Source of the DNA: Callorhinchus milii
Taxonomy: Eukaryota
Assembly: GCF_018977255.1 (NCBI RefSeq)
Contig: NW_024704743.1
Coordinates: 81,966,001 to 82,030,000 of the forward strand
Direction: 5' to 3'
DNA length: 64,000 nt
The notes beneath the pieces are model-generated. The model was not told where the DNA came from. It saw nothing but the letters and a program-made list of their open reading frames with translations, and did no database searches. Numbering within the stretch: the first letter of the stretch is position 1; every line of letters starts with the position of its first letter. The position numbers and the translations under genes were made by a program. Below are positions 13,446-26,478 of the stretch, piece after piece.

Positions 13446-13628
13446 TAAAACGTAAAATTCTGCAGATGCTGGAAATCTGAAACAAAAACAGAGATTACTG
13501 GGAACACTCAGCAGTTCAGGCATCATCAATGGAGCAAGGAAAGTGGGTCAATGTTTTGGGTCCAGAACGAAGGGTCATGGACTTGAAACGTTGACCCACT
13601 TTCCTTGCTCCATAGATGCCGCCTGACC
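13446..13628. mobile_element. Palindromic Penelope-like element end (inverted pLTR) with truncated hammerhead motif
   Basis: 49-bp arms 13516-13564 / 13578-13626; perfect 13-bp TSD GGAAGAAAGTTTA at 13433-13445 and 13629-13641. Confidence 0.8.
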
Positions 13629-14044
13629 GGAAGAAAGTTTAAGTTTGTTCAGAAGGTAATTGCATCCCAAGTGAGTCAGGGTGTGAGCCCAATTGTGTTC
13701 TTACTCAGTATCTACTCACTTGCCACACACTTTCCAGAAGTATTGATAGGGAGGAGTGTGAGTCACCAGACAAGATGTATGACAAATTCAAGTGTCTGAA
13801 ATTATTTTGTGCAGTCGAGTTTTCATACTAGCACGCCTCTGATCTGTAGATCCACTGTATACCCTGCCTCATACTGCAGAGTTTAACTGCTACCCACAGT
13901 AAAAACAATGGCAACCACAGGGACAACTCCGCACCCACACACACACTGTAGCTCAGATCTTTCACTACTTGCATCCTATTTTTAAAAAGGGAAACCTCAA
14001 TATTAGAACAAAACCCCACAATAGAAGTCCACTAACAGAGACCT

Positions 14045-14390
14045 TGTGATGGCCCAGTGAGTAAAGTTACCATTTGGTTCAATACAAAACCATACAGACT
14101 GGAGCTGGACTGAGTTCCCGCTCTGAGCACAATGCAGAGACACCTGTAGAAAGGCAGCATAGATGTAAATGGGGTGAGGACAGGGATCAGACTCTAACAT
14201 CCCATCCAGCGACACAAATTGTCAAACAACTATTGCCAAGGCTCACACACAATGGTAACTAGTTGAGTCAGATCCTGGAGGCCAAATGGTGCCTTTGAAG
14301 CCATATCCCAGTGGAAAGAAAAAAGGAATTAAATTCCCCGAGGAGAGAAGGGATGTTGGAAAGGAGCAGTATTAGGAGAGGAAAAAATTG
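14045..14390 (+). mobile_element. Third old SINE family copy
   Basis: GGCCCAGTGAGT, CCATACAGAC, GGGTGAGGACAGG and AGGCTCACACA motifs. Confidence 0.5.
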
Positions 14391-14850
14391 GTGTCTAGGA
14401 AGAAAACATACTTTTAAAGAAAATAAGTAGAAATAAGATCATGAGATTGTACAGTAGCCAAGTGTAGAATCAGAGCACAAACTTTACTCCAGTGCAACTT
14501 TTAAGATGGCTTGACAATACGAAGAAGGAGGAATCACACTCACTTGTAGGTTCCCACCTTACTTTCCTGTAAGGCAGCTCAATTTTCAACTTGTAGCTTG
14601 ATGTTAATGTATCTCTATGACCATACTTTTGGGCATCTTCCTTTCTTCCCTCATAAGCTCCTACCCCCAGCTTGGGTGCCATGCAAGCATTATCATGCGC
14701 TTTGAGACATCCTTCTGACATTAAAAGGCACTCTATAAAAGTACACTGTATTGGAGTATTCACTCAAGGTTTCACAAGCTTTCACATCGGGAGGACGTCC
14801 CAAGGCGCTGGACAGTTGGGTCGGGACCCGAGCACTCAAAATCATACATT

Positions 14851-15465
14851 CTGGAGCTGGACTATGGGAACTCTCTCCTCGTCGCCATTCCTGGCACCTC
14901 CCTCCACAAGCTGCAAGTCATTCAGAACTCTGCAGCTTGTGTACTGTCCCGCACCAGGCTAAGCGACCACATCACTCCCACCCTCGCTCGCCTCCACTGG
15001 CTCCCCATCCCCCAGAGGATCGAATTCAAGATCCTCATCCTCACCTACAAGGCCATTCACGGCTTTGTACCCTCCTATCTCTCCGACCTTCTATTCCCCC
15101 CATGTACCTGCCCATACCCTCCGTTCCTCTGGCTCCGGTCTACTCCACATCCCCCACCGTAACCACCCTACCAGCGGTTACCTCTCAGCCCCTAGGCTCT
15201 GGAACTCCATCCCCCAGTGCCTTCGCCTTGCTTCCTCCCTTTCCTCCTTCAAGGCCAGTCTCAAGGCCTTTCTCTTCAACCGTGCCTTCAGCTCCCCTCT
15301 CGACTCTCTACCCCCTCCTCGCTCCTTCCCTCCCCTCACCCTGACCATTTCCCTCCTGCTCGGGTCCCGACCCAACTGTCCATCGCCTTGGGACATCCTC
15401 CCGACGTGAATGGCGCTCTATAAATGCAATCTTGTTGTTGTTGTTGTTGTTGTATTGTATTGTTA
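14851..15465 (+). mobile_element. L2 LINE 3' fragment (ORF2 C-terminus, 3'UTR, (TTG)n tail)
   Basis: Translates to LDYGNSLL, KLQVIQNSAA, LHWLP, RIEFKIL, LWNSIP; ends in the GGGACATCCTCCCGACGTG tail. Confidence 0.9.
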
Positions 15466-17684
15466 TTAAGTCAATTGTAATTGTGTAAGTGTTGAAATAA
15501 CTTGGGCTTTCTCAATATCTGCTGTTGGAACATAAACGTGTTTGTTTTAAGTTTTATTTCTGGAAAAAAGAAGAAAGTGAAAGTAATTTTTTGATGGATT
15601 TTGTACTTTCATTTTCTTCATTCTTCATTTTAGAAGGATACTTTTAAAATCACTTATATCTAATACCTGCTGACGATAGTGGCCAATGGTCAATGCTTGA
15701 CTAAAGAAGATCTATGCAACGAGTAACTTTGGCTGACAGGATATTGAGCTCTCAGAGTTGAAGCCACAAATCACCATCCTTCTTGGATGGGAGGTAAGCG
15801 GGAACACCTTGAAATTCTGGCCCTAAGGTGATTATCTTGGTAACAGAATGTAGGAATTAAGGCAATTGTCTGTGGTGGTCTTGGGTCCTAAGCTTGGTGC
15901 ATTTTACGGCGACATTGGTAGGGGGAGAAGGAAGGTGACTGTAAGAACAGTCAAAGAGGTAATATTTTTGTAGGTATTTTGAATAATTTTAGGTAGGTTT
16001 TTGAGGTAAGGAGGGGTGAGAGTGAGATGAGAAGGGTTGAGTGAGGAAATAGTGGTACAGTAGCTGAAGACTCATACAGCCACTATTCTGTACATATTGG
16101 AAAGGGTCAGGAAATAGATGAAAAGAAAAGGAAGGGTGATTACAAAATTAATGGTCATTTGACTAAGCGGAATATTGCATTTGGATGACATTTCCTACTT
16201 ATTATCCCAGTGGTTTATGATTTATGATACAATGGGGAAAAAGGCATGCCTGTTTAAAGAAGAGCCAGAATTAAGTAATTCTTTCTTTAAGTTCTGACAA
16301 TTCACAATTCCAGAAAAGTTTGGCTTCAGCCTGTAGTTCCCGAGGATGGTATTGAAGTTTCATAAATAACCACTTCCCTTTCACACATCGGAACAATTTT
16401 GGAAAAAAATTGGCCCAGTTTCCACTCTATAAAAGAAAGGTTCCTGTGACATATGGGGGTCTGTCACTGTTTACAATAATATACAGCAAATGTGCAATCA
16501 AGGAAGAAAGTTTCACCCATTTTGTTTTTGCTAAGAAATAATAAGGGATGGTCGCTATAGTACAGGCTGTTTACATTTACAAAACATTAGGTCCAAAAAA
16601 ATATGTCCAGTGTTTTAAGAAAACATTTTTTTGGTAGTATCTACGTGAATCAAACAGAATGGAGATATGTGAATCCTGCCTGAGGAGGCTGGCAAAGAGA
16701 AAGGGAAATCTTGTCTCTTTACTATAAAAGAAATACAGAAGGTCTGGTTCCAATCTCACTAACAATGTTTTTTCTTCATTCAAAATGTAGGTCGAACATT
16801 TCTTGAAGCGCAATCCATCAGCAAATTAACCGATACGGTGAAGGAGCAGTGTCAAATAACAAGCTTTAAGGAAAAGGCTGCATCTGACTGTAACATGGAG
16901 TGACAAGGTGGACTGTGAGTTCAGTGTTGTCAGTAATTTCCTAGAAAGTATTAGAATAATTGCAAAAATAGATGACAAAATCTGAAAAGCTCAATGGAAG
17001 GGATTTCTTTCCTAAACCTTGGTGGTTGCTCACTCTGTCACACATTAATGGTAATAATTGTGCAACTGGCGCTTATCAATGCACTAACACAAGCAATACT
17101 TATGTTTAGAATAGCATTTCCTGTTAAAAACATGCAACAAGAAAATCAGTAATATTAGGAAATAGAGCATGGTGAATTCCATAGGCTTTTGCCTTTTAGC
17201 TCAAATTTGTTTCTTGAAGGTAGTGACACCCTCTGAGTTATTGCTTTCACAGGCACCAACAGCCCTCATCCCCTCACCCATGTGGCCATTTTCCGTCCAA
17301 ATGGCAGAGACTATTTGATGGTGAGTTTAAACCTGAGTTCAATATCCTCACTTGCACACTATAGCACACTTTGTAGAAATATCATTTTTGGAGCAAGACC
17401 CCTGGCTTCTCTTAGTTTCAGAACACTGATGAATTATAGAGCATCCCTCACTGTCCTGGCTGAAATCAACTAACCAGTGATTGAACCCAGTTCTTTGTAG
17501 TGGTGTGATTCGGTATCATGTTGAGCAACTTGTAATTGTATTCCTTAGAATTCATCTCCTTCTCACTCATGACATTTTAATTCTCCATTCCTGATTCCTG
17601 TTACAGTACAATTTGATGTACTACTGACCTCCAGATAATTAGCTGTGTGTTTGTCTCTGCTTAAAAGTGCAAAGCTTTTCACCA

Positions 17685-17860
17685 AATGTCACTGGATAGT
17701 GATATAGCGATCAGGAACAGACACTCTAGCTGATTGGTCCCTTGCCCAGGGGATGGTGAGGCTAATGATACCTCCCAATTGCAGCCCTGGGTGAGTCCAG
17801 TTCGCTCAGTATAGACGGGAATTGAACCCGTGACCTTCCGGTCTGTATGTGATGCAAGGT
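17685..17860 (-). mobile_element. Third old SINE family 5' half (another copy at about 17270-17520)
   Basis: GGGAATTGAACCC is the reverse of a B box; TCACTGGATAG and GCGATCAGGA motifs. Confidence 0.55.
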
Positions 17861-18077
17861 ATTTACTCCCTGGAGAAACTCTAAAATTCATTTCTATTTG
17901 CAATCGACTTCTCCTATGCTCAAACCTATTGCAACAGAACAAAATGATGTTTGCAATTATTCCCTTGGCTTTTTCAACAACTTCACTCAGGAAATTACTT
18001 TTGTTAAAAAAGTTGACGTCCTTTTTTTTAAAAAGGAACTAAAAGAGTAAAAGAATTGCAATATGCAATGTGGTAAT

Positions 18078-18372
18078 TAATAATAATAATAATCCTTGCA
18101 TTTGATATAGCGCTTTTCACGTCTTCTAGACGTCCCAAAGCGCTTCACAGAATATACTGTAAAGTGAATTGACTGTATATTTGTGGGCGAACGCGGCAGC
18201 CAATTGCGCACAGCAATGTCCCACAAACAGTCATGGATTGAAAATGACCAATTTAGTATTGCTTTTTTTTTGGAGGGATTATTATTAGGCGTGTGGAGTA
18301 AGGAAACTTGCCGAAGGTTTCGCTCTGCCTGGAATTGAACTCAGGTCTCTCACTTGCAAAGCGAGTGCTCTA
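18078..18372 (-). mobile_element. Young tRNA-Ala SINE, short variant, slightly 5'-truncated
   Basis: Closely matches 29604-29932; (AAT)n tail. Confidence 0.9.
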
Positions 18373-18454
18373 TTATTATAATTATTCCATCACAAGACAC
18401 ATTTTTTACCTTAACATAAAACATACAATGTGAGCAATCCAACAATTAGTTGTC

Positions 18455-18777
18455 AACCTGGTTAAATTGGTAGCACTCTTCCGTCTGAGTCAGAAGATTG
18501 AAGGTTCAATCCCCATACCAAGATTCTGCTGCATTGTTGGTAATGCCGTACTTCAGATGAGACAATAAACCAAGATCTCATTTTGTCTGTTCAGGTGGAC
18601 ATCAAAGTTCCCACTGCATTATTCTAGAGGAAAAGGGAGTCTTTCCCAATGTCCTGGCCAATAATCACCTCAGATAAAATCAACCATTCAACTTTGCTGT
18701 TTGTGAGACACTGCTGTACATAAATTGGCTGCTGCATTCACCGATAAAATACACAGCCACTACATTATACAGTAAAG
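18455..18777 (+). mobile_element. Old Deu-type SINE
   Basis: TTGGTAGCACTCT..TCTGAGTCAGAAG head; TGTTCAGGTGGAC; GTCCTGGCCAAT. Confidence 0.7.
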
Positions 18778-18941
18778 CGGAGAGACTGTTGAATGGAGTT
18801 CCAGAGGGTGGGGGCAGAGTGGCAGAAGGCCCACCCATCAATAGTGGGGTGAGCAAGGTGGGGGACGTGAAGCGGAGCCCGCTAAGTGGAGGGAGTGAGC
18901 AGGTTGGTAGGGGATAAGGAGGTTGCAGAGATAGGGGGGAG

Positions 18942-19970
18942 CAACAACAACAACAACAACAACAAGATTCCATTTATAGAGCGCCTTTCACGTCAGGAGG
19001 ACGTCCCAAGGCGCTGCACAGTTGGGTCATGACCCGAGCAGGGGGGAAATGGTCAGGGTGAGGGGAGGGAAGGGAGGGAGAGAGGAGGGGGGAAATGGTC
19101 AGGGTGAGGGGAGGGAAGGGAGGGAGCGAGGAGGAGGAAGAGAGTCGAGAGGGGAGCTGAAGGCACGGTCAAAGAGAAAGGTTTTGAGACCGGCCTTGAA
19201 GGAGGAAAGGGAGGAAGCAAGGCGAAGGCACTGGGGGATGGAGTTCCAGAGCCTCGGGGCTGAGAGGCTGAAGGCCCGACCACCGATAGTAGGGCGGTTG
19301 GGGGGGGGGCAAGACTGTGGATGGCTTTGAAGGTGAGGAACAGGATCTTGAACCGTATCCTCTGTGTCATGGGAAGCCAGTGGAGTCAGACGAGGATGGG
19401 GGTGATAGGGTCGCAGAGCCTAGTTCAGGAGAGGACACAGGCTGCAGAGTTCTGGATGATCTGCAACCTGAGGAGGAGTTGGGGAGGCCGACAAGCAATG
19501 AGTTTGCATAGTCAAGCCTCGATGTAATGAAAACATGTATGTGGGTTTCTCGTGGCCTGCGGTGTGAGATAGTGGCGGAGCCGGCCGATGTTCCGGAGGT
19601 GGGGGAAGGTAGAGTGACTCATGGGACAGATGAGGGGTAGAAAGGATAGTCGGACTGGCTTACCAAGTGGAGTGAGCAACCATGGATGGTGTTGCTGTTA
19701 GCGCCTGAGGTGAGGAGGCGCTGACGGGAGCCAATCAGGAGAGCCTCGGTCTTGTTGACATTCAACTGAAGAAAGTTAGCTCTCATCCAGGTCTTGATGT
19801 CTGACAGACATTCTATCAGCACAGCAGTGGGCCTGGAGTCAAGGGTGGAGGCAGAGAGGTACAGTTGGGTGTCATCTGCATACTTGTGGAAGTCAACCCC
19901 ATGTTTGCGGTTGATGTCACCAAGAGGGAGCATGTAGATATTGAAGAGGAGGGGACCAATGACAGAGGCC
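18942..19970 (-). mobile_element. L2 LINE 3' fragment including the end of the RT domain; abuts an older L2 piece at 18780-18940
   Basis: ORF 19619-19984: [36 protein letters not shown]; intact tail hairpin at 18980-19015. Confidence 0.93.
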
Positions 19971-20031
19971 TGCCATAAACGCAAATTTAACTACCTTGAA
20001 CCAAGTCTGAAAATCCTGGGCATTAATATAG

Positions 20032-20480
20032 GAACATAGAAACATAGAAATCAGGAGCAGGAGTAGGCCATTCGGCCACTCGAGCCTGCCCTGCCATTCA
20101 ATAAAATCATGGCTGATCTTCTAACCTAACTCCATCTGCCTGCCTTATCCCCATATCCCTTAATCCCTCTATAAAAATATATAAAATGAAGAAGAGGGAT
20201 CTCAATACAGACCCCTGAGGCAGTTCAATTAATACTTCCCTCATTTTGACCTATCTTCCCAAGGATTGCCTTATACTTTGCTCCCTTCATTTAATTTTGA
20301 ATCCATGTCCAAGTTTTGCCTTTGATACCCAGTTTGTGAAGGAGTCTGTCATGTTCTAATTTGTTAAACACCTTTTAGGAATCTAGGTACACATCGTTAT
20401 ATAGATTTGTTCAGTCAGTTTACAACGTCACCTCTTCAAAAAGTCTATCAGGTTAATCAGATAAGTGCTACACCTTCTGA
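20032..20480 (-). mobile_element. CR1 3' tail followed by older CR1 ORF2 pieces
   Basis: (CATAGAAA)2 terminal repeat; GGAGCAGGAGTAGGCCATTCGGCC 3'UTR. Confidence 0.75.
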
Positions 20481-21759
20481 ATGTATCATGGCTGTCATTT
20501 ATTGGTTTATTTTTGTTCCAGTAATCCATTTGATTGCTGATGATCTATTCTACTCCTTCAGTTTTCCAATTATTGCTAGATTTACAGAGTATAAATTCCT
20601 CCACTTGCTGGCTACTACCTGCATTGGTATACTTCTGGTTAATTCACAGAATTATAGAATTGGCACAATTTCAACTTGTTGTGTTTGGCTGAACTTGCTT
20701 TTTAAAAAAAACAAATGTTCATCTCTGTTCAGCACCATGACTTAATTCACTTTAAGGTACTTGCTCACAATTATGTCTGCAGCAGCAGGGAAGGTATTGT
20801 TTGATAACCTTTTGTATTGTTAAAAACATATACCACTTGGTGTAGTAGTACTCCAGTATTTGTTTCCTGATGGATGACCTATTGGTCTGGCTGTTTGTGT
20901 ACCATCTGGTGTACATGCAATTGCTCATTGATTTATCATTGGGTCTGCATTCAACTCCACAGTGGTTTACTGCAGTGTCTACATTCAATTTCTCAGTGGA
21001 CTATTATGTGATGTATATTAGATGCAAATACATGGATTTATATATTTTCCCTCTTAGTTCAGTTGTCTTTTGATTTCATGGCAATATATTTAGTAGGGGG
21101 ACACTTGTGCTTAATTCCTTGGTGATTCTGCATCTGATTACTAGGTAGTTTTGTAATGGGTCTGCATCTGATTCTCTGCCATTTCAATGAATGAATGAAT
21201 GCACCTGGAATCGCTTGGAGTAAATAGTCACTGCTATTTACATCACATTCCTTACACCCAACCATCGAGAGTTTTGATGAACCTGGACTGTGGAATTGCA
21301 TTGATCTGGATCCAACCCCCTGATAGGAGAAAAAGTGTTAAGTTTCCATATAATCTAGCCATTCTATGGTGATTTACTGGTGGCCCCGAGCCCCATAGTT
21401 CACAACAGTATAATAGGAACTGTGAAAGTGTATTGAGTTTACATGGCAACCTGAGGCCATCGGTACTGGACTTCAGCCTCATGAACACTCAAATTTTACA
21501 ATGTTCCAAACCTAAAGAACAGAAATAATAATCTTTTCAAATCTGAATACTTATCCTTGCTAATTTTATTAACTTCCTTTCTTCAAAATGGTACCCACAT
21601 ACCTGCTCAATAACTGATAAGGTTTCGGGCTTTTTAAGAGGCGAGGTTCCATTATCACATGTGATAGCATGAAAACAGGATGACACTTTCAAACTAAAAT
21701 ACTTGCTTTTTCTTTTGAAGTGTAATAATAAAAATTATCCTTCACCTATAACATACACA

Positions 21760-22357
21760 GTCTCTACATTTTACAGTGAAATGTTTTCAGATGTCCTCCT
21801 GTTGAAAGGCATAGAACTTATATGTCTCAAAGAGCTTCAGACTGGAGACTCACCCTGGTCCAGGGGGAGAGGGAAGGCACCAGTAAGCATGATCAAAAAG
21901 GAAGGTCTTTACGCGGAATTTGAAGCTGGGGAGGAAGGAGGGAATGGGCAAGGTGGAGGGATTGAGGGAGAGAGTTCCAGAGTTTCAGGGCATAGTGGCT
22001 GAAGATACAGCCACCGATGGTAGAATGGAGGGCACAAGGGACAAATAGGAGGCTGGAGCCAGCTAAGCAGAGGGAGTGGGTGGTGGAGTGGGGGGTAAGC
22101 AGATCGGATAGGTAGGGCTGTGCGTGGGCATGAAGGGATTTGAAAACAAGTGAGAGGAATCTTGAAATCCATCTGTTCAGTAATTGGGAGCTTGGCAAAG
22201 ACTGGTGTGATTGAGGTACAGAATTTTGTGCGGGCGAGTATACGGGTGATGAAGTTTTGAATTAATTGAATTTTGAAGACCAGCGAGTAGGGCATTGGAA
22301 TAGTCCAGCCGGGAAGGGACAAAGGCGTGGACGAGGATTTCAGCTGCACTGACACCT
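21760..22357 (-). mobile_element. L2 LINE 3' fragment
   Basis: AAEILVHAFVPSRLDYSNALLAG and KLWNSLP in frameshifted ORFs. Confidence 0.85.
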
Positions 22358-23522
22358 GGTATAAGGAACCCTTGTTGAGGAAAACAAGATTTCACGATTA
22401 AAAAAGTTCCACTAGCAAATATATAAACTGATTTTGAAGAATTGCAAGAAAGAGCACAAAGCGGTGAAGGTTTTGAGAGAGCCAAAAGGTTACATTAAGT
22501 TATGCTAGAGAAGGGATTAAATCTTAGTTAAGTCTTTTGAAGTTAAAAGGATTTGTAACATGCACATGAAGGTCCGAAATTTTCTGTTATTCATTGGACC
22601 TTGAAATTGACATATTAGGTCAATTTTTGCCCGTTAATTAATCTGGATCAAGGGCCAGCAGCTGAGATGAAGGAAGTAGAAGAGTTCAGTGGAGTAAGTG
22701 AACTGACAGTCAGGATTATTGTTGTTCATAGGTCTGAATATAGGGGTGAAATCTGTTCCATGTATCTTCCAGTCTGTTGGTAAAGTCATTCTTAAGTGAA
22801 GGCTTGTGCAAATGATGAATATTTTCATTAAGGAATACCATTGCAAAAGATCACATTTTAAATCATATTTTATGTCCATGTTATAATTATCACACCGCTT
22901 TGCATTTTCCCCCTACTATAATTTTTAGGAAACCATTACCTTGCTTGTAATGGTGTCCTCGCCAACAACCCTACCGATAAAATAGATCACATATTCTATG
23001 TCTGTATTTGGGACACTGATGTGCACAACTGGCTGACGTATTTTTCCCACAGAATACACAGTCAATGCACTTTACAGTATATGCTGTGAAGTGCTTTGAG
23101 CCATCTTGACAATGTGATAACGTGGTATAGCAAATGCAAGGATTATTATTTGTATAAACTGCACTCACACCCAAGTTCCAGAGGCAAAGGCATAGTAGTT
23201 TGTTATATCTCAATAGAAGGACACGTTATGAAATGATACCTCCAGTGATATGTCATGTTGATGTATGAACACTAGGACAGGCCATTTAATCTTCCCTGTG
23301 GCATAGGCTAACATTCAAATCAATGCATTCAGAAATTCCTTAAACAGAGTTAAACCTATGCTTAAATCACTAAGTTCTTAGCGCTTTGGGACGTCCGCCC
23401 AATGTGAAAGGCGCTCTATAAATGTAATTTTGTTGTTTTTGTTGTTTTGATTTGTAAAACTTCACGGCAGAAGCTGTGCCTTTTCATGAATATTACCAAT
23501 CGTAATATTGGACCATTTGCAG

Positions 23523-23856
23523 ATAATAATAATAATAATAATAATAATAATCCTTGCATTTGATATAGCGCTTTTCACGTCGGGAGGACGTCCCAAAGCG
23601 CTTCACAGAACTCACTGTAAAGTGAATTGACTGTATATTTGTGGGCGAACGCGGCAGCCAATTGCGCACAGCAATGTCCCACAAACAGTCGTAGATTGAA
23701 AATGACCAATTTATTATTGTTTTTGGTTTTGGAGGGATTATTATTAGGCTCTGTGTGGAGTAAGGAAACTTGCCCAAGGTTTCGCCCTGACGTGCCGGGG
23801 ATTGAACTCAGGTCTCTCGCTTGCAAAGCGAGTGCTCTAACCACTGAGCTACAGGG
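23523..23856 (-). mobile_element. Young tRNA-Ala SINE, full length, with L2-type CTCCC loop
   Basis: A and B boxes, CTCGC-TTTGCAA-GCGAG anticodon arm, (AAT)n tail. Confidence 0.93.
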
Positions 23857-25104
23857 ATTTATTTTCATTGGATATTTTGTGTTTTATGAAATTTGTACCA
23901 TGGAATACAAGGAATGGAAGTACAGTATGTAATGATAACAACTGTTTTGTTCCAATGAAAACTAAGATTCACCCTCATTCTGCTGTGCGCAATTGGCTGC
24001 CACGTTTCACCCACAAAATATACAATCTACAGTATATTCTGTGAAGCGCTTTGAGACATCTCAAAGACATGATAAATTGCTATATCAAATGCAGGGATTA
24101 TTATTATTCTGCTCCCCCATAGAAAGCAATAGGTAGGGTGGAATGAGAGATGGTCAGGAAAGAAGTTTCTGTTCTTGTTTTAGACCTATTTGCAATCTTC
24201 CATTTGTGACAACTCCAATAAGAGACAAGAAGAAAGGTGGAAGAAAGGGAAGAGGAGAGATTATTCTAGCTTCAAGTAATAAGTAACTACTATAAAATCA
24301 GAAAAAAGCAAAGAAAATGGGTGTAGTAATGTTTCACGTTATTCATAAGTACAGTTTATGCTGAACTCTATGTTATTGATAATGTTTTAGATGGGTTTTC
24401 AATTTTATCAGCTACTATTTCAATCATTAGAATTAGTTATTCATAGTGTAGATCACTGTTGCAATTCCTCATATGATGTGATGCTGATCTCAGAGAGATT
24501 ATTCAGACTATTCAGTAATATCTTCTGTTTTCAAGTCTAACATGAAAAAATATATGGATAGGGCAGTGCAATAAGCCTGAAAGTAAAGCTGGCACAAGAA
24601 TATTGTCCCAGACAATCAACTCTTAAAACTTCCATTGCAGAAGCACATGCCCAATGTAGCTGCACACAAATTGCTTCTTATTTAGGTTAAATATTAGGTG
24701 CAAAATTGAATGTAAAATAAAACATTTTGTCTACTGTTAATTTATTCGATTATATTTTCTTGTTATGACACATCTCCCCTTAGTGGAAATCACATGCTGG
24801 CAACAATGTACTGTACCTGCAATAACATTGATTCACATCTAGAAGTCTTACATTTGTGCTTTGTTGGCCTACAACAAACACAGTCACTACACTTCACAGT
24901 ATATCTTGTGAAGCTCTTTGAAACATACTCCCGACGTGAAATCAGATGCAAGGAATATTTAATCATTATTTATTCTTTATTTAGTCTAGTTTAGCTGACT
25001 TTTTTTGTTTCTCCTATTGTCCTGTCTACAAACGGTGATTGATGTGACTTAGCTTGCTTTATCCTCTTCTGTCAACACTACTGCTAATGCAAATTCAATT
25101 AGTT

Positions 25105-25560
25105 AGAAGTAGCCTCAAAACTTTGTTTCAGTTTTGTTTTCGCCTCTCCCCAGCGCAAACAGTAGTGGGCATACAGCCAGTAGACAACAAAGTATCTTCT
25201 GCTGATGAACCTCTGAGCCAGTGTTTAAAATACAGACATCTCTCAGCTGGGGTGGCAGGAAGGGTGCTCTGGCACCCAGGCCATAGGCTGCTTCCCAATT
25301 ATAATCCAGCAAAGTCCACTTACCTCATTCATCGCTCTTAGCAAGATCCAGATGGAACTCTGTCTCAGTCTTGTTTTTTTATGGGTTCAATAGAAGTCAA
25401 CACACAGATGTTGTACTATAGTAGAAGCCATGCAGGTTTAAGAGAAGTAATCAGATAACTTTGTTTCAGCTTTTCTCTTACTGCTCCCCCTCCCACTCCA
25501 CGAGTAGTGGCTTGCATGTAGCCAGCAGACAAAAAAAATCTGCTTATGAACTTCTGAGCC
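25105..25560. repeat. Diverged direct repeat of about 100 bp (about 25120-25219 and 25459-25560)
   Basis: Collinear CTTTGTTTCAG, AGTAGTGG, AGCCAG.AGACAA and TCTGCT.ATGAAC.TCTGAGCC blocks. Confidence 0.7.
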
Positions 25561-26209
25561 TTTGAGTTCACATTATTTTACACTTGCTTTGTATGATGGT
25601 GCCTTTTCGCATATAACTAGCTCAAGCATCTCATGACAAGTTGCCACCATGTTTTGCTTCCTCTTTGGTCCTTCATTGAAATAAGCGATTCTGCCTTCAA
25701 AACATGCTTTTCTCATCCAGTTGATGTGTTTCACAGGTTTCAGAGGTTCCCTCCTCCACTTCACTGGTTTGCCTTCTCTCTTCGCTTTCACACAGTGTCT
25801 ACTTCCCCCCCTCCCGTGAATTGCTCTCCCTTTGCTGGTTCATGTTCTCTTCACCCTTTTCTCACAAATCCTTTCACTTCACTTACACTTATGTAAAATA
25901 ACATGCATCCATTAAGTTCCTGCCTTCCATAAAACCTGTAGTGCTTAGAGACACAGACAGAGGGAGCTGACACTCCCCAAATACAAGAGCAAAGATGCAG
26001 AGACACATAGGCATTTCAATTTACAAATACTGTAATCAATTTCAAATTTTGCCTGTGGTACTTTAATGAAACTCAGCCTTTCAGGCTTTCATATTTTACT
26101 TTCAATAATAAACAAATGCAGCTATAGCAAAAGCCACATCTGTCCCATTCTTACTGAATCTGATTAGATTGTGTGACTTGTCAAGTACTGAGGGAAACAT
26201 TGGACTCTG

Positions 26210-26478
26210 TTATGTGAGCTCTATAAACATATATGTATTATACAAACTGTGCAAATCATGTATTAAAGTGGTGAATTGTGTAATTCATGTGCAAACCATG
26301 TATTAAAACACATATGTGAATTGTGTAAAGTACACATGAACACACATGCATTATACAAGTTCTATAAACTATGTATAAACACATATGTGCTGTGCAAACC
26401 ATGCACGAACACAGGTACAGTATGTGAGTTGTCTAAGCCTTGTGCCACATGTGAACGCATGTGTATCACATGAGTTAG
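26210..26478. repeat. Degenerate low-complexity minisatellite
   Basis: Recurrent TGTGCAAA.CATGT, AAACACATATGTG and GTGAATTGTGTAA. Confidence 0.6.
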
